A stretch of 64,000 nt of DNA, from the NCBI GenBank assembly GCA_937873275.1, contig CALMRC010000087.1, positions 8,816-72,815 on the forward strand, written 5' to 3'. The stretch is from an uncultured Spirochaetota bacterium. Lineage in GTDB: Bacteria; Spirochaetota; Spirochaetia; Treponematales; UBA12059. A model generated the notes under the pieces. That model saw only the letters and a program-made list of their open reading frames with translations, was not told where the DNA came from and did not search any database. This document shows positions 43,284 through 50,541 of this stretch, in pieces. Position numbers and translations under genes: made by a program. Every line of letters starts with the position of its first letter. Position 1 is the first letter of the stretch.

Positions 43284-44738
43284 TCAGACCGTTCCGATGT
43301 CCACGGACCGGAGCACGTCCTCCGGTCCGATGGTTTCCGGGATGGGACTCGAATAGGAGCCGCCCGCCTTGACGGCATGCTCCTCCCGGGCCCGGCGCAC
43401 GAGTTCGGGATCGAGGAAGGCCTCGGCGGCGGCCCGTCCCAGGGCGCGGCCCGCGGCGAGCATTCCCTTGCGTCCGATCGAGGACCCCGCCTGGGCGGTG
43501 TTCTGCCAGGAGTGCGCCTGGGTCCCCAGGGCCGCCGCGGCGTATACGATCTGCCCCGTGGGGACGACCTGGCTCACGTCCCCGACATCCGTGGAACCCG
43601 GGAGGCAGATGTCCCCCCGGAACAGGGGTCCCACCACCGGATCCAGCGGGGAGTCGCCGATCGCCTCCAGGACGGCGGGGCCCTGGGTAAACCGGAGCTG
43701 TCCCAGGACCGTGGCCTTCTCCGCCTCTGTGAGGGTGGAACGGAATTTTTCCGCCAATTCAAGGTCCGCCTCGTCGAAGGCCGGCCCGCCCGCCTCTTCC
43801 ATGCACTTCTGGAGGAGTTCACCGAGGACGAGGTTCGGGACATAGTCGGACAGTCCCTGGGCGAAGGCGATCTCGAGCTTCGTACCCGTCATGAGGGCGG
43901 CCCCCCGGGCGACGTCGCAGAGCCGCTCGTAAATTTCCCGGGCTTGGGCGATCCGGGGGGCTCGGCAGTAGTAGTAGGACTCCGCCGCGGCCTGGACTAC
44001 GTTGGGAGCCCGGCCCCCGGGATTCGTGATGGCGTAGTGTAGCCGGGCGTCGGGGACGATGTGCTCCCGTAGGTAATTCGCGCCCACGTTCGTGAGCTCG
44101 ACGGCGTCCAGGGCGCTCCTCCCGAGGTGGGGGGAGGCCGCCGCGTGGGATGCCTTCCCCCGGAACCGGAAGTATACGGACAGGTTGGCCAGGGTTCGGG
44201 CCTGCCATACGGCGTTGATGTCGCTCGGATGCCAGCAGAGTGCCAGGTCCACGTCCCGGAACGCCCCGGCGCGGACCAGGAAGGTCTTCCCGCAGCCGAA
44301 TTCCTCCCCCGGGCAGCCGTAATACCGAATCGTACCCGGAATGCCGGTCTCCCGAAGGAAGTCCTTGGCGGCCACCGCCGCGGCCAGGGCCCCGACACCC
44401 AGGAGGTTGTGACCGCACCCGTGTCCGGACCCCCCGGATTCAAGTTCCTTCGGCTCCGGAAGGGAGGCTACCTGGGACAGACCCGGAAGGGCGTCGTATT
44501 CACCCAACAGGGCTACGACCGGATTTCCCGAGCCGTAGCTGCCGACAAAGGCGGTTTCCATCCCCGCGATTCCCCGGTCGACCGTGAAGCCCTCCGATTC
44601 CAGGGCGGCGGCCAAGGAGGAGGCGGACTCGCGTTCCTGGAATCCCGTCTCCGCGTATTCCCAAACCCGGTCGCTCAAGGCCTCGTAGACGGCCCGGTTC
44701 CGCTCCACGCTTCCGAACACCACGCGGTTTAGTTCCAT
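43284..44738 (-). CDS. M20 family amidohydrolase (AbgB/aminobenzoyl-glutamate hydrolase subunit B-like)
   Basis: 484 aa. AbgB-like N-terminus (VWEYAETGFQE...AFVGSYGSGNPVVALLGEYDALPGLSQ) and GHGCGHNLLG metal site. Confidence 0.88.
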   Translation of the reverse strand: MELNRVVFGSVERNRAVYEALSDRVWEYAETGFQERESASSLAAALESEGFTVDRGIAGMETAFVGSYGSGNPVVALLGEYDALPGLSQVASLPEPKELESGGSGHGCGHNLLGVGALAAAVAAKDFLRETGIPGTIRYYGCPGEEFGCGKTFLVRAGAFRDVDLALCWHPSDINAVWQARTLANLSVYFRFRGKASHAAASPHLGRSALDAVELTNVGANYLREHIVPDARLHYAITNPGGRAPNVVQAAAESYYYCRAPRIAQAREIYERLCDVARGAALMTGTKLEIAFAQGLSDYVPNLVLGELLQKCMEEAGGPAFDEADLELAEKFRSTLTEAEKATVLGQLRFTQGPAVLEAIGDSPLDPVVGPLFRGDICLPGSTDVGDVSQVVPTGQIVYAAAALGTQAHSWQNTAQAGSSIGRKGMLAAGRALGRAAAEAFLDPELVRRAREEHAVKAGGSYSSPIPETIGPEDVLRSVDIGTV

Positions 44739-44772
44739 TCCAGCCTCCGATTCTTCCTCGCCGAATCCGCGA

Positions 44773-44801
44773 TTGACAGCGGACGGCGGTCGGGGGATAC
44801 T
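44773..44801 (+). promoter_or_regulatory. putative promoter TTGACA-17-GATACT for the TetR gene
   Basis: -35 at 44773-44778, -10 at 44796-44801. The predicted transcript crosses the opposing promoter. Confidence 0.4.
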
Positions 44802-44849
44802 TCTCTGGTCGACCCTTTGTTTTTCAACAGGTGTCTGAATTACAGGTCG

Positions 44850-44878
44850 ACTATAAACCCGCCCTCCGGGGCTGTCAA
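44850..44878 (-). promoter_or_regulatory. putative promoter TTGACA-17-TATAGT for the M20/membrane/CapA operon
   Basis: Minus strand: -35 at 44878-44873, -10 at 44855-44850. The strongest consensus match in the window. Confidence 0.5.
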
Positions 44879-44931
44879 CGAATTTTAACAGCTGTCGAAT
44901 TGTTTACCGGCGCGACCGACGGGGGTCCACC

Positions 44932-45606
44932 ATGGCATACAGGAAAAGCGGGGAAACCCGGGAACGCATTCTCAAGGCCGCGGCCCGGCTGTTCACGGAA
45001 CGGGGTTACTACGAGACGGGCATCGGCGACATCGCCCGGGAGGCGGGCATCGGACGCGCTTCCTTCTATTACCATTTCGCGGACAAGGAGAAGGCCGCCC
45101 GGGCGGTCTTCGACACCTACGTGGAGGGGATCTACGCCGCCGCGGAGCGGGTCGTGCCGAAGCCCGGCGCGAACGCCTCTCCCGTGGAGGCCCGCCGTCC
45201 CCTCCTCCTCAGCGTGTTCGTGGAGTACATCCTCCTGTTCCGGTACATCGCGTTGAACAAGGCCACCCATGCGGTCTACTACGACCTGGTCAACTTCGCG
45301 GATTACGACCGGGAGAACATCGACCGGCTCAAGCGGACGACCTTCAAGGACACGGCCTTCCTGGCCTCCCTCTTCGGAAGGCGGCTCTCCGACGCCGAGC
45401 TCGTGGCCTTCATCGTCACCACCAACGCCGCGGCCAAATCCATCTTCAAGGCCGTTTCGAAGGGCATCCTCGCCTTCGACCTGTTCGAGGCGACGGACTA
45501 TTTTTTCCGGCACGCCGTCCTCCCGGACATTCCGATCCCGGAGCCGGAATATCGAGACCTCCTGGGGGAAGCCTTCTCCCTCTGCGAAGGGGTGGAGCTG
45601 ACCTGA
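44932..45606 (+). CDS. TetR/AcrR family transcriptional regulator
   Basis: 224 aa. N-terminal HTH (ILKAAARLFTERGYYETGIGDIAREAGIGRASFYYHF). Confidence 0.85.
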   Translation: MAYRKSGETRERILKAAARLFTERGYYETGIGDIAREAGIGRASFYYHFADKEKAARAVFDTYVEGIYAAAERVVPKPGANASPVEARRPLLLSVFVEYILLFRYIALNKATHAVYYDLVNFADYDRENIDRLKRTTFKDTAFLASLFGRRLSDAELVAFIVTTNAAAKSIFKAVSKGILAFDLFEATDYFFRHAVLPDIPIPEPEYRDLLGEAFSLCEGVELT

Positions 45607-45685
45607 CGCCTGACGATCCCGGGCGCGGCCGTCGGGCAGTCCGGAACCGCGTTCAATCCGGCCCCCTCCCCGCCCGTCCCTCCGC

Positions 45686-45714
45686 TTGACCGATCCCGTG
45701 ACTCTCGGTACTCT
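45686..45714 (+). promoter_or_regulatory. putative promoter TTGACC-17-TACTCT, giving a leaderless or near-leaderless mRNA
   Basis: The -10 ends 8 nt before the ATG at 45723. No SD in between. Confidence 0.4.
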
Positions 45715-45722
45715 GCGCCATC

Positions 45723-46508
45723 ATGGCCGCCTCGATCGAGATGCGGGACGCCACGGTCCTGCTGGGGGGTCGTCCCGTTCTCCGGGACGCCACGTTCGCG
45801 CTGGAGGAAGGCGAGCACGTCTGCATCCTGGGACCGAACGGCTCCGGGAAATCCACCCTGGTCCGGCTGATATCCGGGGATCTTTTCCCCCTGCACCGGG
45901 AACCCCCCGCGGTCCGCCTGTTCGGTCGGGACCGCTGGGACCTCTTCGAGCTGCGCGGCCGACTGGGAATCGTCTCGGACACCCTCCAGGCCTGGCAGGC
46001 GGCGGGGGGCGAGAGCGTCCTGGACACGATCCTGTCGGGATTCTTCGGGGGCGTGGGACTTCCCCTGCGGGGCGCCCCGGAAGCCTGGATGGAGGAAAAG
46101 GCCCGGGAGGCGGCCCGGATCCTGGGGATCGAGGAGATCCTGGACCGCCGGGCGAACACCCTCTCGTCGGGACAGATGCGCCGTGCCCTGGTGGCCCGGG
46201 CCCTGATCCACGAGCCGGATACCCTCCTGCTCGACGAGCCGTACACGTCCCTGGACCTGGCCGCCCGCCACCAATTCTACCAGCGGGTGCGGCTCCTGGC
46301 CGCCCGGGGGCACGCCATCATCCTTGTCACCCACGAGCTCGCGGAGATTCCGCCGGAGACGGATCGGGTCATCCTGATCCAGGACGGTCGCATCCGGGCG
46401 GACGGACCGAAGCGGTCCATCCTGACCTCCGGGAACATCTCCGCCCTGTTCGGGATTCCCGTCGAAGTGCGGGAGGAGGACGGCCGGTACCGCGCCCTGC
46501 CCGAATAA
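45723..46508 (+). CDS. orphan ABC-type ATPase (ModF/YlmA-like single NBD)
   Basis: 261 aa. Walker [10 protein letters not shown], signature LSSGQMRR, Walker B LLLDEP. No adjacent permease or SBP. Confidence 0.85.
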   Translation: MAASIEMRDATVLLGGRPVLRDATFALEEGEHVCILGPNGSGKSTLVRLISGDLFPLHREPPAVRLFGRDRWDLFELRGRLGIVSDTLQAWQAAGGESVLDTILSGFFGGVGLPLRGAPEAWMEEKAREAARILGIEEILDRRANTLSSGQMRRALVARALIHEPDTLLLDEPYTSLDLAARHQFYQRVRLLAARGHAIILVTHELAEIPPETDRVILIQDGRIRADGPKRSILTSGNISALFGIPVEVREEDGRYRALPE

Positions 46509-46566
46509 CAGCCTTCCGCGTTCCGGATCGGGGCACGGCCGGGTGTCGGCGGGGTCGAACCCCGGA

Positions 46567-47634
46567 TCACTTCCCCAGGTACTCCGCAAGGGGGACGGGA
46601 TGGCTGCCCGCCGCCCATGCCAAGGTCCTCCGGTACTGGGCTTCCAGGGAACCGAAATCCAGGAGCAGGAATTTTTCCGGAAAATCCGGAGTCCACACGA
46701 GAGCCCGGGCCGCGGTATCCGGGGCCTTCCGAGCGAATTCCTCGAGGGATCTCCGGAATTTCCGGTCCGCGATCCTGTCGAAGGAGACTCCCAGGTAGTC
46801 CAGGACCCGGTGATCGTCGACACCCAGCAGGGACAGCTCCTCGCTGACGTCGGGTCCCTGGTCGAACTTACGGGTCACGATGAACACCCGATCGACCCCC
46901 TTCCCGCGGTACCGCTCGAACTCGAGGAGGGATTCGAAGGGAAGGTAATCCTCGGACGCGCCCCCGTCCACGTACTCGAGATCCGGTATGGTACGGACCC
47001 CCGGGATCCGGGCGGGCGGGAACACGACCGGGATGGCCGTCGTGGCTGCCAGGACATCCGCGAGGCCGAGATCCGGATCGGATTCCGGATTGATGGGAAC
47101 GCTGCAGAGCCTGTAGGCCGTCTGCTCCAGCCCGAGGTCCCGGAGCCGGGTCACCGTGATGGCCGTGGGGAACGGCAGGTCCCCGATCCTGCGGTATCCC
47201 AGTTCCCGTTCCGCCACACGCCGGAACAGCTCCCGGGCCGGCGAGGTGTCGACGGGCAGGCGTTTCCCCCGCTGAAGGAAGACGTCCTCGGAGCGAAGGG
47301 TGAACAGGATGCTCCGGTACCGGTCCCAGGAGAATCGGCCGGACAGGATACCGTTCAGAACGACGGCGTTCAGGGCGCCTGAACTCACCCCGGATATGAA
47401 GACCACGTCTTCAAGGAGGCCCCGGGAATCCAGGGCCTCCAGGAGCGCTGCCTCCTGGGGAATGCGGGCCGCCGCGCCGGTGATTATGAGGGCCGTACCC
47501 GAACGGCCCCCGGGCGAAGGTTCCGCCGAGGCCGGTCGGGACGAGGAGTCGGCCTGTCGCGGCCCGCTCGGGACGCAGGACGCCACCAGGCAAGCCAGGA
47601 CGATGGCAAGTCTCGATTCCATCCGTAGTTTCAT
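46567..47634 (-). CDS. patatin-like phospholipase, probable lipoprotein
   Basis: 355 aa. Lipobox-like LVASC. GxSxG (GVSSG) and DGG (YVDGGA) catalytic dyad motifs. Confidence 0.85.
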   Translation of the reverse strand: MKLRMESRLAIVLACLVASCVPSGPRQADSSSRPASAEPSPGGRSGTALIITGAAARIPQEAALLEALDSRGLLEDVVFISGVSSGALNAVVLNGILSGRFSWDRYRSILFTLRSEDVFLQRGKRLPVDTSPARELFRRVAERELGYRRIGDLPFPTAITVTRLRDLGLEQTAYRLCSVPINPESDPDLGLADVLAATTAIPVVFPPARIPGVRTIPDLEYVDGGASEDYLPFESLLEFERYRGKGVDRVFIVTRKFDQGPDVSEELSLLGVDDHRVLDYLGVSFDRIADRKFRRSLEEFARKAPDTAARALVWTPDFPEKFLLLDFGSLEAQYRRTLAWAAGSHPVPLAEYLGK

Positions 47635-47664
47635 ACCGAAAAATCCTTCGGGTCGCCCGGTATG

Positions 47665-49167
47665 CTAGGAGTAAAAGGCCTCGATGTCCCGGGAGAACGC
47701 GATCCGGCTGGACTCCCAGGTGTAGAACATGTGTCCCCCGTCGTAGTGCCGGACCGTGAGCAGGCGCTTCCGGTCCTCGTCCAACTTCATGAGCCGCCGG
47801 ATGCGCTCCGCCGTGAAGAACGGGGTCACCAGGTCGAACACCCCGTGGGTCAAGTATACCTTCATGTGGGGATTCACGCTCATTCCGTACCGGAGATCGT
47901 CCGTGGCGCCGACCTGGCTCTCCAGGGCGTGCCGCTTGGTATCGATCTTCCAGTTTTCGTTCACCTCGTCGCTGGAGGTGGAGTAGTCCCGGTCCGTTTC
48001 CAGACCGATCGCGGATCTGAGTTGACTGTTGACCCCGGCGGCGAAGATGCGCTCCACCACGTGGAGGGTCGGATCCGGGCCGGTCCACTCGTCCCGGTCC
48101 GGGTAGGGATCCTTGACCGTGGCGCTGGCGTCGTACAGGCCCAGGACCAGGCCCCGGTCCCGGAGCAGATTCTTGGCGAAGTAGTCGATGGGGATCCGGC
48201 CCCCCTTCGCGCGGACCACGGGCCGGGGCAGGCCTACGAAATCGGCGGCCGCGTCGAGGACCCGGGTCTTCCGGGCCTCCCCGACGAGGTCCCCCGCCGC
48301 CAGGACCGGGAGCAGGTCCCGTACCGCGAACTCCGCCGCCCGCCGGACGTACTCCGCCCGGGATTCCCCCGGCTTCCGCTTCCGGGCCCGGTCGTGGAAG
48401 AAGGCGGCGCCGGCCATGGTCGGGAAGGTATCCACCCAGGCGAGGTCGTCGTAGTCCGAGGGATCCAACAGGGTGAACTCCAGGGCCGGGGAAATCAGGA
48501 TCGCCCCGGCCAACGCCACCCCGTAGTCCTGCTGAAGCAGGCGCACGAGCTTCGCTACCCGGAAACCGCCGTAGCTTTCCCCGGCCAGGTACACCGGACT
48601 GTCCCACCGTTTCTTCTTGGAAAGGTATTTCCGGATGAACTCGCAGATCGACTCGAGGTCCCGCTTCAGGCCCCAGTACTCGACGTCCTTCTTCCCCTCG
48701 GACTCCTTCCTGTCCGCGTCCTTTTTCGCTTCCCCGTCGGGAATCATCCGGGAAAGACCGGTTCCCACGGGGTCGATGAAGACCAGGTCCGTGAACCGAA
48801 GCCAGGTCTCCTGGTTGTCCGCGAGCTTATGGGGGGACGGTACGGGTTCGCCGCGGGGACCGAAGACGGCCCGCCGGGGGCCCAGGGCGCCGAAATGGAG
48901 GTACACCGAGGAGGATCCGGGTCCTCCGTTGAACACGAAGGTCACGGGGCGATCCCCCCCGCCGGGTACACCGTATCGGGTATAGAACATCTCCGCGGAC
49001 GGCTTTTCGTCCTTGCGGAGTATTATCCAGTCGGCCTCGGCCTCGTACGGGAACTCGCGGCCATCAAGCCGAATGTTCAGGGACGAACGGGTTCCCTTCG
49101 GAGGGGCCCACTCCGGTTTCTTTTCCGGGTCCTTGGAGGCGGAACCGTCTTCTTTGTCCTGATCCAT
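47665..49167 (-). CDS. S10 family serine carboxypeptidase-like protein
   Basis: Trimmed to MDQDKEDGS... (500 aa) with SD GGGAGG. NGGPGSSS and GESYGG motifs. Confidence 0.8.
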   Translation of the reverse strand: MDQDKEDGSASKDPEKKPEWAPPKGTRSSLNIRLDGREFPYEAEADWIILRKDEKPSAEMFYTRYGVPGGGDRPVTFVFNGGPGSSSVYLHFGALGPRRAVFGPRGEPVPSPHKLADNQETWLRFTDLVFIDPVGTGLSRMIPDGEAKKDADRKESEGKKDVEYWGLKRDLESICEFIRKYLSKKKRWDSPVYLAGESYGGFRVAKLVRLLQQDYGVALAGAILISPALEFTLLDPSDYDDLAWVDTFPTMAGAAFFHDRARKRKPGESRAEYVRRAAEFAVRDLLPVLAAGDLVGEARKTRVLDAAADFVGLPRPVVRAKGGRIPIDYFAKNLLRDRGLVLGLYDASATVKDPYPDRDEWTGPDPTLHVVERIFAAGVNSQLRSAIGLETDRDYSTSSDEVNENWKIDTKRHALESQVGATDDLRYGMSVNPHMKVYLTHGVFDLVTPFFTAERIRRLMKLDEDRKRLLTVRHYDGGHMFYTWESSRIAFSRDIEAFYS

Positions 49168-49236
49168 CGCGAATCCTCCCTTCGAACGGCTTAGATGCGT
49201 GCCCGGGGGACGAGGGCCGTTCCCGGGTAGTATCCT

Positions 49237-49282
49237 CCGCCCGGGAAGGATACAGAGTACCTTCCCGGGCGGAGCTTCGCAA
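49237..49282 (-). promoter_or_regulatory. putative promoter TTGCGA-17-TACTCT, with the -10 bracketed by a perfect 13-bp inverted repeat
   Basis: Minus strand: -35 at 49282-49277, -10 at 49259-49254. CCGCCCGGGAAGG (49237-49) and CCTTCCCGGGCGG (49260-72) with a 10-bp spacer. Confidence 0.45.
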
Positions 49283-49312
49283 GGGACGAAGGAGAATCCG
49301 CAGGCGGCTTCC

Positions 49313-49350
49313 CGAAAAGAGCCGCCCCCGGGAGGCATACCGGGGGCGGC
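49313..49350 (-). terminator. intrinsic terminator after the TAXI SBP gene
   Basis: Minus strand: GCCGCCCCCGG-TATGCCTC-CCGGGGGCGGC followed by TCTTTTC. Lies 32 nt after the stop. Confidence 0.7.
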
Positions 49351-49382
49351 GGGAAACGGGAGAGTCTACCCGAAACCGGGTG

Positions 49383-50384
49383 CTACTTCTTAAGCCACCC
49401 CATCTCGACGAAGTACTTCTTGGCGCCCGGGTGGTAGGGGATCAGCATCTGGTCCTCGGGCAGCACGAGATCCTTGGTGAACTGGGTGAGCAGGGCCGAG
49501 ACGGCGTGGATCGCCGGAAGGTTCGTGTACAGGGTCTTGGTCATCTGGTACACGAGGTCCTCGGGCATGTCGTCCCGGACGATGATGATGTCCGGGGGCG
49601 TGCCGACCGTCGGGACCGGCTCGGTCTGGTTGGGGTACGTGTTCGCGGGGATGTTGCGCCGGATGAGGAACTCGTTCTTCTTCCGGAGGTTCGCCAACGC
49701 CTCGTCCGTGATGGGGATGAGGGTGACCTTGCCGTCCAGGAGGAGCTCCTGCATGCCCGAGGCTCCGAGGGCCAGGCCGAGGATGCCGCCGTCCGCCAGG
49801 CCGTCCTTCATCATGTCGATGCCCTGGGCGTATTCCACGAAGCTCACGTTCATGTCCGCGTAGGTGAGGCCGTAGGCCGCCAGGGTTTCCTTGGCGTCCA
49901 CCTCGCCGCCGGAGCCGACGGGGCCCACGACGATCCGCTTGCCCTTGAAGTCCGACACGTTCTTGATCCCGCTGGACTTGAGGGCCACCACCTGGAAGAC
50001 GTCCGTGAAGAGCCCGCCGGTCAGGGAGCGCAGCCAGGTCATCTTCTCCTTGTAGGGCTCGATGCCGTTCATGGCCCGATACGCCTCCAGGGACCGGCAG
50101 ACGGCGACGTCCGCGTCCTTGGTGCGCAGCAGGTCGATGTTGTGCGGGCTTCCGCCGGTCGCGATGGCCACGGCCTTGACACCCGGGATGTTCGCGTTCC
50201 ACAGGGCCGACATGGCGATGCCCGTGGGGTAGTTCGATCCGCCCACGCCCGCCGTACCCATGGTGATGTGGCGAATTTCGGTGGGAGCGGCCGGCTTCGC
50301 GGCTTCCGTCTTGGGAGCGCAGGCCGCCAGCAGGACCAGGGCCGCCACCGCGAGCAGCGCGAATCCCTTCTTAAGATTCGTCAT
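49383..50384 (-). CDS. TAXI family TRAP transporter solute-binding subunit
   Basis: 333 aa. Signal peptide. TAXI pattern (ITMGTAGVGGSNYPTG...). SD AGGAGG. Confidence 0.9.
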   Translation of the reverse strand: MTNLKKGFALLAVAALVLLAACAPKTEAAKPAAPTEIRHITMGTAGVGGSNYPTGIAMSALWNANIPGVKAVAIATGGSPHNIDLLRTKDADVAVCRSLEAYRAMNGIEPYKEKMTWLRSLTGGLFTDVFQVVALKSSGIKNVSDFKGKRIVVGPVGSGGEVDAKETLAAYGLTYADMNVSFVEYAQGIDMMKDGLADGGILGLALGASGMQELLLDGKVTLIPITDEALANLRKKNEFLIRRNIPANTYPNQTEPVPTVGTPPDIIIVRDDMPEDLVYQMTKTLYTNLPAIHAVSALLTQFTKDLVLPEDQMLIPYHPGAKKYFVEMGWLKK

Positions 50385-50541
50385 CTTCCTTCCTCCTAAT
50401 CTACCGTCCGCGTGCGACGGATCTCGAACTATCTCCAGCCATCCAGGATGGCTTTCTCACCGGACAGGCTCGGCACGACGGACGGTCCGGCGCGCCGGGC
50501 AGGGCGCGGGGCTCCCGGTACGGGGCGCCGCGCCGCGTTCC

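Noticed and set aside
46550-46564. tRNA-like T-arm CGGGGTCGAACCCCG.
   Set aside because: The loop is 5 nt rather than 7. No complementary acceptor strand, D-arm or anticodon arm is present in the preceding ~70 nt. The element lies at the convergent gene junction next to the patatin stop and is more likely a small terminator-type hairpin.
49230-49272. Alternative RNA structures (GTATCCT against AGGATAC competing with the 13-bp stem) as a riboregulator in the S10 peptidase leader.
   Set aside because: Placing the TTGCGA-17-TACTCT promoter shows that the -10 lies in the loop and the upstream arm lies in the promoter spacer. The full hairpin would therefore not be in the transcript. I reinterpreted it as a DNA operator palindrome.
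50385-50541. Internal promoter (TTCGAG-19-TAGATT) in the 157-bp gap between the TRAP permease and TAXI SBP genes.
   Set aside because: The spacer is too long, and the predicted start site would remove the AGGAGG ribosome-binding site. The gap is better explained as an intercistronic region with small hairpins (AGCCATC-CTG-GATGGCT, CCGTC-n7-GACGG).
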